Source: an uncultured Methanomassiliicoccales archaeon (GTDB taxonomy: Archaea > Thermoplasmatota > Thermoplasmata > Methanomassiliicoccales > Methanomethylophilaceae). Taken from it: a stretch of DNA of 64,000 nt. Of the stretch, positions 39,493 to 48,743 are shown piece after piece; position 1 is the first letter of the stretch, and each line of letters opens with the position of its first letter. Below the pieces are notes generated by a model, which saw only the letters and a list, made by a program, of their open reading frames with translations, had not been told where the DNA came from and did no database searches. The DNA lies in assembly GCA_964634095.1 (NCBI GenBank), contig CAZWKY010000002.1, positions 313-64,312 of the forward strand, given 5' to 3'. Made by a program: the position numbers and the translations under genes.

Positions 39493-40017
39493 TTAAGCCG
39501 TTTTCTTGGTGACCTTCACCTTGGAGTATCTGAGGACCTTGCCGTTGATGGTGTATCCCTTCTGGAACACCTCGGCGATCATGTCGTCCTCATCACCCTC
39601 CACCGTGCACAGTGCCTCGTGGAGGTTCGGGTCGAACTTCCCCTCGGAGGGGATCTCCTGCAGCCCGTTCGCCTCCAGGACCTTCATCATGTTGGCCCTG
39701 ACACCTGCGATACCCTTCACGAACTCCGTCTCCTCACCGGCATGCTCGAGTGCACGATCCAGGTCGTCCACGATGGTCAGCAGGTCTGAGACAATGGACG
39801 AACAGGCGTACTTCCTGTACTCCTCGTTCTCGCGCTGCGTCCTCTTGCGGTAGTTATCGAAATCTGCCTGCAGCCTCCTAGCCATATCCAGGTACTGCTC
39901 TGCCTTGGCCTGGGCCTCGGTGAGGGGATCGACCTTCTCTACCTTGGGTTCCTCAGGCGTCTCCGCAGCGGTCCCCTCCTCCGGGACCTCGTCCTTCTGT
40001 CTAGACTTACCAGTCAT
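39493..40017 (-). CDS. grpE: Nucleotide exchange factor GrpE
   Basis: Motifs RLQADFDNYRKR, FDPNLHEA, QKGY..LR..KV. Confidence 0.97.
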   Translation of the reverse strand: MTGKSRQKDEVPEEGTAAETPEEPKVEKVDPLTEAQAKAEQYLDMARRLQADFDNYRKRTQRENEEYRKYACSSIVSDLLTIVDDLDRALEHAGEETEFVKGIAGVRANMMKVLEANGLQEIPSEGKFDPNLHEALCTVEGDEDDMIAEVFQKGYTINGKVLRYSKVKVTKKTA

Positions 40018-40050
40018 ACGTAGAGCCTTCTTAATCATCAGATAATGGAA

Positions 40051-40072
40051 AGGGAGGTCGGACGACCTCCCT
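40051..40072 (-). terminator. Perfect hairpin between the thermosome gene and grpE
   Basis: AGGGAGGTCG-GA-CGACCTCCCT, about 20 bp past the thermosome stop. Confidence 0.55.
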
Positions 40073-40091
40073 GTTTGGATTTTTAGGGGTT

Positions 40092-41723
40092 TCAGTCGTC
40101 CATTCCGGGGGGCATTCCGCCCTCTCCGACCTGGGGCATGGGACTGGCGCGGGCCGCGATGACATCATCGATCCTGAGGATCATGACGGCTGCATCGGTT
40201 GCGGAGTTGATGGCCTGCTTTCCGATCCTGTGAGGCTCGATGACGTTGAGCTTCATCATGTCCTCGACCTTGCCGGTGAAGGGGTTCAGTCCTGCGTAGA
40301 CCTTTCCGCCCTTGTGCTGCTTCCTCATCTCGATGACGATGTCGATGGGGTCCAGTCCGGCGTTCTCTGCGAGGGTGGAGGGCAGGATCTCGAGTGCGGA
40401 GGCGTATGCCTCGATCGCGATCTGCTCCCTTCCTCCGACGGAGGCTGCGTAGTCACGGAGCTGCATTGCGATCTCCATTGCGGTGGATCCTCCTCCGGTG
40501 ACCATCATTCCGTCCTCGATTGCGACCTTGACAACGGACCAGGCATCGACCAGGGACCTCTCGACCTCGTCTGCGACGTGGTTGGTTCCTCCCCTGACGA
40601 GCACAGACACGGTCTTGGGGTCCTTGACACCGGTGATGAATGTCATCTCCTCGTCCTCGACCTTCTTGAGCTCGACGGTCTCGGCGTATCCGAGGTCGGA
40701 CTGGTCGATCTCAGCGATCTTGTTGACGATGTTTGCTCCGGTGGACCTTCCGAGCCTCTCCATGTCGGACTTCTTGACACGCCTGCAGGCATAGATTCCC
40801 TCTTTGGCGAAGAAGTGCTGGGCGAGGTCGTCGATTCCCTTCTGGCAGAAGACGACGTTGGCTCCGGAGTTCTTGACCTTCATGACCATGTCCTTCAGCA
40901 TCTTCTCCTCCTCGGCGATGAAACTGGCCAGCTGACTGGGGTCGGTGATCTGGATCTTGGCGTCGATCTCGGTCTTCTTGACCTCGAAGGCTGCGTCGAT
41001 CAGGGCGATCTTGGCGTTGCTGACGGATTTGGGCATGTTGGGCTGGACGGGCTCCTTGTCGATGATGAGTCCCTTGACGATGTAGGACTCCTCCATCTTG
41101 GCTCCGGCCTTCTTGACGGTCTGGATGTTCTTGAGGTCGACGACGTTGTTGCCCTCTTTGTCCTTGTCCACAACGGTCCTGACGGCGTCAACGACCATGT
41201 CGGAGAAGTACTCCTTGGCGTTGTTGACCTGCTTGGAGTTCATGGCTGCCTGTGCGATGAGCTTCAGGGTCTCGGTATCGTCGAGGGTGACCTTCTTGGC
41301 GACATCGTTGAGGACCTGCTGGGCCTTGTCGTTGGCGAGCCTGTATCCGCTTGCGATGATCGTGGGGTGGACGTTTGCATCGATCAGGTCGGTGGCCTTC
41401 TTGAGGAGCTCACCGGCGAGGATGACGGATGTTGTGGTTCCGTCTCCGACCTCTGCGTCCTGTGTCTTGGCGACCTCGACGAGCATCTTGGCTGCGGGGT
41501 GCTGGACATCCATCTCCTTCAGGATGGTGACTCCATCGTTGGTGATGACGACATCTCCCATGGAGTCGACGAGCATCTTGTCCATTCCGCGGGGTCCGAG
41601 GCTGCTCCTGACTGCGTCGGAGATTGCCCTTGCTGCGGCGATGTTGTTGAACTGAGCGTCCTTTCCTTTCTCCCTCTTGGTTCCTTCCCTGAGGATGATG
41701 ACGGGGGCGTTTCCCATTCCCAT
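40092..41723 (-). CDS. ths: Thermosome (group II chaperonin) subunit
   Basis: Motifs SLGPRGMDKM, TNDGVTIL, GDGTTT, LRIDDVI; GGM tail. Confidence 0.98.
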   Translation of the reverse strand: MGMGNAPVIILREGTKREKGKDAQFNNIAAARAISDAVRSSLGPRGMDKMLVDSMGDVVITNDGVTILKEMDVQHPAAKMLVEVAKTQDAEVGDGTTTSVILAGELLKKATDLIDANVHPTIIASGYRLANDKAQQVLNDVAKKVTLDDTETLKLIAQAAMNSKQVNNAKEYFSDMVVDAVRTVVDKDKEGNNVVDLKNIQTVKKAGAKMEESYIVKGLIIDKEPVQPNMPKSVSNAKIALIDAAFEVKKTEIDAKIQITDPSQLASFIAEEEKMLKDMVMKVKNSGANVVFCQKGIDDLAQHFFAKEGIYACRRVKKSDMERLGRSTGANIVNKIAEIDQSDLGYAETVELKKVEDEEMTFITGVKDPKTVSVLVRGGTNHVADEVERSLVDAWSVVKVAIEDGMMVTGGGSTAMEIAMQLRDYAASVGGREQIAIEAYASALEILPSTLAENAGLDPIDIVIEMRKQHKGGKVYAGLNPFTGKVEDMMKLNVIEPHRIGKQAINSATDAAVMILRIDDVIAARASPMPQVGEGGMPPGMDD

Positions 41724-41893
41724 TTCTAATTCCTCCAATATTTTCCTTACTAGGAATACTGATTTCAGTGAAGTTTGTTCTTCTATATAAATCTGATTTA
41801 TCAGAGCACCGAGACCCCGACGGATATCACGGAGACGTGGGAAGGTCTGCCCGGATACGACCTGGGAAATACCCCCGAGGACATCCCGTGACC

Positions 41894-42211
41894 ATGTCCA
41901 GTGAAAAGGGACGTCTGGAACAGGTTGTGGGGATGCTGTCCCCGCTCGGGGAGATCACATGGAAGCAGATGATGGGGGAGTATCTCCTGTATCTGGACGG
42001 ATTCGGGTTCGGGGGCATCTACGACGACAGGCTGATGCTCAAGGTCACGCCGTCCGTGGACAGGATGCTTCCCGATGCACCCCGCGAACCCCCGTATCCC
42101 GGAGCGGGGGAGATGGCCGTGGCGGACGATGTACCCACGGATGTCCTGATGGAGGTCCTGCCGCAGATGTGCTTCGAACTGCCGAGGAAGAAGGCGTGCA
42201 GACCGTTCTGA
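41894..42211 (+). CDS. TfoX/Sxy N-terminal domain protein
   Basis: Motifs KQMMGEYLLY.DG..FGGIYDDRL and PPYPGA. Confidence 0.85.
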   Translation: MSSEKGRLEQVVGMLSPLGEITWKQMMGEYLLYLDGFGFGGIYDDRLMLKVTPSVDRMLPDAPREPPYPGAGEMAVADDVPTDVLMEVLPQMCFELPRKKACRPF

Positions 42212-42224
42212 CCGAGGAGATGAC

Positions 42225-42316
42225 CTTGAAAGTTATGGAAAAATTTTCTTACAAGTTCTGGAAAAATATGCTTGAAAGTTATGGAAAAATTTCCTTGCAA
42301 ATTATGGAAAATATTT
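42225..42316 (+). repeat. 4 x 23-bp tandem direct repeat, consensus CTTGAAAGTTATGGAAAAATWTY
   Basis: Units at 42225, 42248, 42271 and 42294; AT-rich; ends 13 bp before the ATPase ATG. Confidence 0.9.
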
Positions 42317-42329
42317 AAACAAATAAATA

Positions 42330-43679
42330 ATGGATAACTCCGTGTCATACGACCTCGAACACTACAGAAAACGTCTGGCGGAGAAGGACCTGGAGCGCGC
42401 CCTGCGTTCCTTCGGAGCCGTGTGCATCGTCGGACCCAAATACTGCGGAAAGACCTGGATGGGACTCCACGGGTCCGGAAGCCACTTCATCATGGGCGAC
42501 GAGAACGCATACGGCGTCAGCAACAAGGAGCTCGCCCGGTCCGATATCCGTATAGCCATGGAGGGAAAAAGGCCCCATCTCATAGATGAATGGCAGGAGG
42601 CCCCCAGGATCTGGGATGCCGTGAGGTCGGACATAGACCGCCACGGGGAGAAGGGCGCATACATCCTCACGGGATCCGCGACACCGAAGGTCGGACCGGA
42701 TGACAGACCGGTCCACAGCGGCACCGGCCGTATAGTCCGCGTCCACATGCACACCATGTCACTCTACGAGTCGGGGGACTCGACAGGTTCCGTCTCCCTG
42801 AAATCATTGATGGCGTCCGAACCTATGGGGCCGATCGACGAGGGCACGGACCTGGACCACCTTGTGGACCTCGTGATCTCCGGAGGATGGCCTGGGAACC
42901 TCGACCTGGACCTGGAGGACCGTGCCTTCGCGGTCAGAGGTTACCTGGAGTCGGTCATCAAGGATGCGTGCCATCTCGACAATGTACGCAGGAAGGAATC
43001 CTCGTTCTGGCTGGTGGTCAGATCACTGGCGAGGAACGAGAGCACACTTGCATCCATGTCGAAGGTCCATAAGGACACGGGCATACCATTGGAGAGGGAC
43101 GTCCCCCTGATCCTGGACGGCATGGAATCCGATACCGAGCCGGGATTGTCATATGATACGGTCACAGACTACGTGGATGTACTGAACAGACTGCATCTGT
43201 TGGAGGATCAGCCTGCATTCGACCCCAATCTGAGGTCCAGTGTCAGAGTCGGGAAGGTCCCCAAGAGGCATTTCACCGACCCGTCACTGGCAGTTGCCGC
43301 CCTGAGAGTGGGGAGGGAGAGGCTGATGAACGACCCGAACACGTTCGATTTCCTCTTCGAAGCCATGTGCGAGAGGGATCTGAGGATCTATGCGCAGAGC
43401 ATCGGCGCCAACCTGTTCCATTACCGCGATTCGTCCGGGATGGAGGTGGACGCCATAGTGGAACTGGAGAACGGCGCATGGGGTGCGTTCGAGATAAAAC
43501 TGGGTGCCAACAGGATAGACGAAGGGGCGGAGAACCTGTTGAGGTTCAGGAAATCACTGATAAGACGTGGTGCGGCGAGACTCCCCTCCGTCCTCTGCGT
43601 CATATGCGGTCTGACACAGTATGCGTACCGCCGCGAGGACGGAGTCTATGTCGTCCCCATAACATCCCTGGGACCCTGA
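42330..43679 (+). CDS. ATP-binding protein (AAA_14 + DUF4143)
   Basis: Motifs GPKYCGKT, LIDEWQ, ILTGS, KRHFTDPS, HYRD..EVD..FEIK. Confidence 0.92.
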   Translation: MDNSVSYDLEHYRKRLAEKDLERALRSFGAVCIVGPKYCGKTWMGLHGSGSHFIMGDENAYGVSNKELARSDIRIAMEGKRPHLIDEWQEAPRIWDAVRSDIDRHGEKGAYILTGSATPKVGPDDRPVHSGTGRIVRVHMHTMSLYESGDSTGSVSLKSLMASEPMGPIDEGTDLDHLVDLVISGGWPGNLDLDLEDRAFAVRGYLESVIKDACHLDNVRRKESSFWLVVRSLARNESTLASMSKVHKDTGIPLERDVPLILDGMESDTEPGLSYDTVTDYVDVLNRLHLLEDQPAFDPNLRSSVRVGKVPKRHFTDPSLAVAALRVGRERLMNDPNTFDFLFEAMCERDLRIYAQSIGANLFHYRDSSGMEVDAIVELENGAWGAFEIKLGANRIDEGAENLLRFRKSLIRRGAARLPSVLCVICGLTQYAYRREDGVYVVPITSLGP

Positions 43680-43723
43680 CCGCGGGCATGTTCCCGCGGA
43701 AAGGGCCGTTTCAGACATCCACA

Positions 43724-45907
43724 TCAGCGGATGAAGAGCAGTTCGCGGTACTTGGGCAGGGGCCACATGTCGTCGTCCACGATCATCTCGAGGGCGTCCA
43801 CATGCTCCCTTATCCTGGACAGGTACGGGACCACCCTGTCGTGGAACCCGATGGCCTTCGTACGCTCGCATCCGCACTCGAGGAGCTCGTCGCAGACCCC
43901 CTCCATCTCTATGGCCAGGGAACGCGCCTCGCTTGTGTGCACGGCGATGTCCTTGATTATCTGGATCTCACCGGTCGCGACCTGCCTGTACTCCTCAGGG
44001 GAGAAGATCTCCTTCATCTTGGCCACGTTGTCCAACAGGATGGACTGATACCTCGTCGCCACGGGCAGGATGTGGTTGGCGGTCAGGTCGGCCAGGACCC
44101 TGACCTCGATCTCGATCTTCTTGCAGTAGATCTCCCATTTGATCTCGTTCCTGGCCCTGAGCTCGGTCTCGGTCATGACGTTGGTGTCCTGGTAGATCGC
44201 GATGGTCTCGGGTGATGTGCAGACATCGAACACCAGGGGTGCACTGGTCTCGCAGTCCAGACCGCGCTCGGCGGCCTCGGCCTTCCACTCGTCGGAGTAC
44301 CCGTTACCGTCGAAGCAGACCTTCTGGCATGCCCTGTACGTCTCGCGGGTCTCGTCCAGGACGGCCTGCATGACAGGTGTGCCCGATTCTATCCTCTTGT
44401 CCACGGCCGCCTTGAACTTCTTCAGCTGATGGGCGGTGATGGTGTTGAGGACGGTGATGGCCGAGGCACAGTTGGCCGATGAGCCCACGGCCCTGAACTC
44501 GAACCTGTTGCCGGTGAACGCGAAGGGGGACGTCCTGTTCCTGTCGGTGTTGTCGATCAGGAGCTGGGGCACCTGGGGGATCCCGAGGCTGTATCCGCTC
44601 TTGCCGCTGATCTTGACCATGTCCTTGGAGTTCAGGAGCTCGTTGAAGGCGGCGGTGACCTGTGTCCCCAGGAACGATGATATGATCGCAGGGGGCGCCT
44701 CGTTGGCACCGAGCCTGTGTGCGTTGGTGGCGGTCAGGACGCAGGCCTTGAGCAGGGCGTTGTTGTCGTAGACGGCCTTGAGCACGTTTGCCATGAACGT
44801 CAGGAACCTGAGGTTCTCCTCGTCGGTCTTCCCGGGGGAGAGCAGGCCTATGCCGGAACCGGTGCCCAGGGACCAGTTGCAGTGCTTCCCGGACCCGTTG
44901 ACGCCCTCGAAGGGCTTCTCGTGGAAGAGGACCTTGAACCCGTGCTTCTCCGCGGTGCTCTTCATGAGGGCCATCAGGAGGAGGTTGTGGTCGTTGGCCA
45001 GGTTGGACTGTTCGAAGACCGGTGCGATCTCGAACTGATTGGGTGCGACCTCGTTGTGCCTGGTCTTGATGGGGATCGCCAGCTTGTAGCACTCGAACTC
45101 CAGGTCCTTCATGAACTCGATGACCCTTCCCGGGATCGACCCGAAGTAGTGGTCCTCCAGCTGCTGGTTCCTGGCGGAGTTGTGTCCAACGAGTGTCCTC
45201 TCGGCCATGATGAGATCGGGACGCTGGGCGTAGAGGGCGGCGTCCACCAGGAAGTACTCCTGCTCCCATCCCAGATAGGAGTAGACGAAGTCCTCCTCGA
45301 TGCCGAAGAACTTCAGGACCTCCGCGGCGGCCTTGGTGACGGCGGTCTCGGATTTGAGGAGGGGTGCCTTGAAATCCAGGGCCTCCCCTGTATATGATAT
45401 GAACACCGTGGGGATGCAGAGGCAGTCCCCCATGATGAATGCGGGCGATGACGGATCCCATGCCGTGTACCCCCTGGCCTCGAAGGTGTTCCTGAGGCCT
45501 CCGCTGGGGAACGATGATGCATCGGGCTCCTGCTGGCACAGCAGTTTGCCGGTGAACTTCTCGATGGATTCGCCCTTCCCGTAGGGTTCGGCAAAGGAGT
45601 CGTGCTTCTCCGCGGTCCCGCCGGTGAGGGGTTGGAACCAATGGGTGTAGTGGGTGGCGCCCATGTCCATGGCCCAGCGTTTCATCCCTGCGGCCACGTG
45701 CTCCGCGACCTCCCTGCTGAGCGTCACACCCTGCTCGATGGATTCATACACCTTCTGCCTGGTGTCGGATGAGAGGTACTTCCTCATATTCTTCCTGTTG
45801 AACACGTTGCAGCCGTAATATTCGGAAGTAGCACGAGCGGGAGGTACAGCGACCACCGTCTCCCTGACGAAGGCCTCCTCGACCGCTCTGAACCTGCTGT
45901 TGGACAT
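43724..45907 (-). CDS. glnA: Glutamine synthetase type III
   Basis: 727 aa; motifs HYTHWFQPLT, EPDASSFP.GG.R.TFEARGYT, RHNEVAP, DRNRTSPFAFTGNRFEFR. Confidence 0.95.
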   Translation of the reverse strand: MSNSRFRAVEEAFVRETVVAVPPARATSEYYGCNVFNRKNMRKYLSSDTRQKVYESIEQGVTLSREVAEHVAAGMKRWAMDMGATHYTHWFQPLTGGTAEKHDSFAEPYGKGESIEKFTGKLLCQQEPDASSFPSGGLRNTFEARGYTAWDPSSPAFIMGDCLCIPTVFISYTGEALDFKAPLLKSETAVTKAAAEVLKFFGIEEDFVYSYLGWEQEYFLVDAALYAQRPDLIMAERTLVGHNSARNQQLEDHYFGSIPGRVIEFMKDLEFECYKLAIPIKTRHNEVAPNQFEIAPVFEQSNLANDHNLLLMALMKSTAEKHGFKVLFHEKPFEGVNGSGKHCNWSLGTGSGIGLLSPGKTDEENLRFLTFMANVLKAVYDNNALLKACVLTATNAHRLGANEAPPAIISSFLGTQVTAAFNELLNSKDMVKISGKSGYSLGIPQVPQLLIDNTDRNRTSPFAFTGNRFEFRAVGSSANCASAITVLNTITAHQLKKFKAAVDKRIESGTPVMQAVLDETRETYRACQKVCFDGNGYSDEWKAEAAERGLDCETSAPLVFDVCTSPETIAIYQDTNVMTETELRARNEIKWEIYCKKIEIEVRVLADLTANHILPVATRYQSILLDNVAKMKEIFSPEEYRQVATGEIQIIKDIAVHTSEARSLAIEMEGVCDELLECGCERTKAIGFHDRVVPYLSRIREHVDALEMIVDDDMWPLPKYRELLFIR

Positions 45908-45983
45908 GTTTTTCCCGATTACACGTGCCCTACTTATACATTATCAGGGATAAATGAGATGAAAAATCAATGATTTCCAGATT

Positions 45984-46001
45984 GACTAGACAAATGTCTA
46001 A
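45984..46001. promoter_or_regulatory. Candidate operator GACTAGACAAATGTCTAA upstream of glnA
   Basis: TAGACA-AA-TGTCTA palindrome; matches 29805-29822. Confidence 0.5.
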
Positions 46002-46253
46002 TGATTCCCGCCCATCACCGTGAATGGACGGTGATATCCCCTGCAACGGACCCCGTTTCTACGGACATCGGCACTGTGTCCGGGACATCACCGTCTCTGT
46101 CTGAGACAAGCCGGAAAACGGCCATAACGGCAATCACACACCAGAAACAGCCGTCGGACATACCTTAGGTAAACGGCGTTACCACGAAAAACCCGCGGAA
46201 TGTTCAATCGCTCTCAAATACTGAGAATGTGGATTAGACTGTTAGGGAAAGAG

Positions 46254-47186
46254 ATGGCATTCAAGCTCTTCAAGAACGGAGATGACCTGTACACCCAGGG
46301 AGACGAGCTGATCAAACGGGGGGAGTACGCCAAAGCGCGCGACATCCTCCAGAAATCGATAGACAAGGAAGGTGGCATCGACGATGTGGCCGCGGTCAAG
46401 GTCGCACTCATCGACCTCTCATCGCACCTCACGCATCCGGGGGCCTACAGGAACCTCAGGTCCAAACTGAAGGAGGTCTCCCAGAAGGACCTGGAGTTCG
46501 GACTCACATCCTTCGACCGTGACGAACTCATCACGGAATGCGAACTCACGGAGGAGAAGCTGGAGATCATCGGCGATGTGGAGGACGACAGCGAGAAGGC
46601 GGATGCCGCCGAGGCACTGCAGAACCTCGCACTGAGGTACCAGTCCGAGATCGGCGACAGGCACCTGATCGTCCTGGAGATCTTCAAGAACGACACCACC
46701 GTCACCGGTATGACCGAGTTCTACAACCTCATGGCCGTGTCCTACGAATACAAGTCGGACGCCGTCGTATGGGACAACCCCTCCCAGGCGGCGGAATACC
46801 AGCAGATCGCCATGGGATACAGGCAGCAGAACGGACAGTCCGGTGAATCCAACCTGGCCAAGATCAGGTCCTACTCCTGCACGAGCAAATGCTGGCTCTG
46901 CGGAAGGGTCGCCACAGGGGAGGGGATACACTTCTTCAGCGCACCCGCGGACGTGTCCCCCGCCCTGGACAAGGGCGACACCGGGATCGCCAGATCCAAG
47001 CCCGAGGGCGACCACCAGATCTACATCTGCCGCGCCTGCTACTCCGCGGTCTCCAACCGTTCGGACGAGATCGCCCAGAGGTACTACGACAGGGCCATGG
47101 CGGAGATGGCGGAGATGGAGGCCAGGATCCAGGCGGAGATCGCCGCGCTTCAGACACAGATATCCTTCGCAAGGATGAACAGATAA
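46254..47186 (+). CDS. Helical (TPR-like) protein with C-terminal Zn finger and coiled coil
   Basis: Helical repeats, CWLCG...ICRAC, heptad-rich C-terminus. Start trimmed to MAFKLF. Confidence 0.7.
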   Translation: MAFKLFKNGDDLYTQGDELIKRGEYAKARDILQKSIDKEGGIDDVAAVKVALIDLSSHLTHPGAYRNLRSKLKEVSQKDLEFGLTSFDRDELITECELTEEKLEIIGDVEDDSEKADAAEALQNLALRYQSEIGDRHLIVLEIFKNDTTVTGMTEFYNLMAVSYEYKSDAVVWDNPSQAAEYQQIAMGYRQQNGQSGESNLAKIRSYSCTSKCWLCGRVATGEGIHFFSAPADVSPALDKGDTGIARSKPEGDHQIYICRACYSAVSNRSDEIAQRYYDRAMAEMAEMEARIQAEIAALQTQISFARMNR

Positions 47187-47187
47187 A

Positions 47188-48732
47188 ATGGACCAACTGG
47201 TAGAGCTCAGATGCAAATACTGCGGGGCCCCGCTGGACAGGAAGGATGTGGAGTCCGATTCGCCGTACGTGACCTGTCAGTGCTGCGGGACCAGCCAGCA
47301 GAGGGTCGATGCCAAGGCGTACATGGAGCAGATGATGGGCCAGATCCAGTCATGGATCAGCAAGGCCATCCCCGGGGGCTTCTCCCTGTCGCAGCAGGAG
47401 AACGTGGACCCCATCGCCAGGCACAACATCTACATCAACAACGTCAAGCCGTCCATCGAACTGGAGATCAGGGACTTCCGTTTCGCCCTAAACTCCGTGA
47501 TATCGTCACCGTTGGTGGTCCTGCCGTTCACCAAGGGCAGCCCCGTGAAATCCAAACACTCGTCATCCAGCGTGTTCGAGTTCAATGCCAAGCTGAAGAG
47601 CATCGAACCGCTGGCGGTGGACACCGGTGACAGGGCCTCGATCAAGGAGGCGGAGGACATGTCCATGGCCTACGCACTCATAGTGAACAACTCCCAGCTC
47701 CTGACGGACACCACGCCCGGACGTTTCGCCCTGATGTCCAAGAACTTCAGGGAATCGGCGGAGGCCATCGGGAAGTGCAAGGGGTACGAACCCCTGGTCG
47801 GAAGGCTGAACGCCCTCTCCGAGGTGTGCACAGCATCGGACATGGTGCTCAACGGGGACCACCTGGGATGCGTCACCAAGGCGGAGACCGCCATAGACAT
47901 GCTCCAGAAGGCCAAGGGGGAGATCCTGAGGAACCCCAAGCTGGCCATGATGATCCGTGCCGTTGACCTGGAGATCGGGCAGTCCAAGGCGCTGAAGAAC
48001 GTGGCGGAGATGTCCGTCAGCGGTACGAACGGTGATGCCCTGGGCACACTGGAGGTCATGAACAAGCTCGGAAGCCTGAGCTACCCCTCCGAACAGTCCT
48101 GGAACCCGCTCCTCCGCAAGAAGGACCGCAACTACGAGCTGTTCAGCTATGTGGAGGGGATCGTCACCGCACGCAGCGAGGGCACCCTCCCGATCTGCCC
48201 CGGGGACGGGGACATACTGTACCCGTTCTGGGATGTGGACCTGAAGTACAACTTCACAACGGGGTCGTTATTCTCCAAGAAGGTCGTGGAGGTGACCGAG
48301 GACATCCTCATACCCGCCACGTTCACGCTCAGTGCGGAGGCCCTGAGGAATCCGCGCAGGGGACTGACCGACATATTCTCCGTGGTCCCCGAGAGCTCGA
48401 TATTCGAGAGGATGAAGGGCGAACAGGACAGCATCAGCGGTGGCGAGGGCATAGGCAGGCTCGCGGACTCCGCATCCGAGAACCGCCCCGGCACCAGGGC
48501 GGTCGTCCTGCCACTGTCCACCAAGACGGAGGCGACCAGACTCGTCGAGGAGTACCTCAGACAGAGCTGCTCCACCAACTCCAAACTGAAACTCAGCAAG
48601 CCGTACGTCAAGAGGCTCATCTACATCCCCTGCCGCACAGGGGTGAACGGCATCTCGCTTCCGAGTGCCTTCGACAGGCTCACGCCTGCGATCCTCTCCG
48701 ACCCGGCCCTTGACAGCATCATAAAGATATGA
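47188..48732 (+). CDS. Zinc-ribbon-containing hypothetical protein
   Basis: N-terminal CKYCGAPL..CQCCGT; 514 aa; starts 1 bp after the upstream stop. Confidence 0.75.
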   Translation: MDQLVELRCKYCGAPLDRKDVESDSPYVTCQCCGTSQQRVDAKAYMEQMMGQIQSWISKAIPGGFSLSQQENVDPIARHNIYINNVKPSIELEIRDFRFALNSVISSPLVVLPFTKGSPVKSKHSSSSVFEFNAKLKSIEPLAVDTGDRASIKEAEDMSMAYALIVNNSQLLTDTTPGRFALMSKNFRESAEAIGKCKGYEPLVGRLNALSEVCTASDMVLNGDHLGCVTKAETAIDMLQKAKGEILRNPKLAMMIRAVDLEIGQSKALKNVAEMSVSGTNGDALGTLEVMNKLGSLSYPSEQSWNPLLRKKDRNYELFSYVEGIVTARSEGTLPICPGDGDILYPFWDVDLKYNFTTGSLFSKKVVEVTEDILIPATFTLSAEALRNPRRGLTDIFSVVPESSIFERMKGEQDSISGGEGIGRLADSASENRPGTRAVVLPLSTKTEATRLVEEYLRQSCSTNSKLKLSKPYVKRLIYIPCRTGVNGISLPSAFDRLTPAILSDPALDSIIKI

Positions 48733-48743
48733 GGGATGGAAAA

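Noticed and set aside
40230-41729. Long antisense and alternative-frame ORFs (e.g. 40230-41729, 55498-57597, 49040-50638, 14280-15581, 36203-37480)
   Set aside because: These are shadow ORFs of strongly biased high-GC genes, with no motifs and fully overlapping well-supported CDSs.
42225-42316. CRISPR mini-array
   Set aside because: The units are contiguous with no unique spacers, and there are no cas genes.
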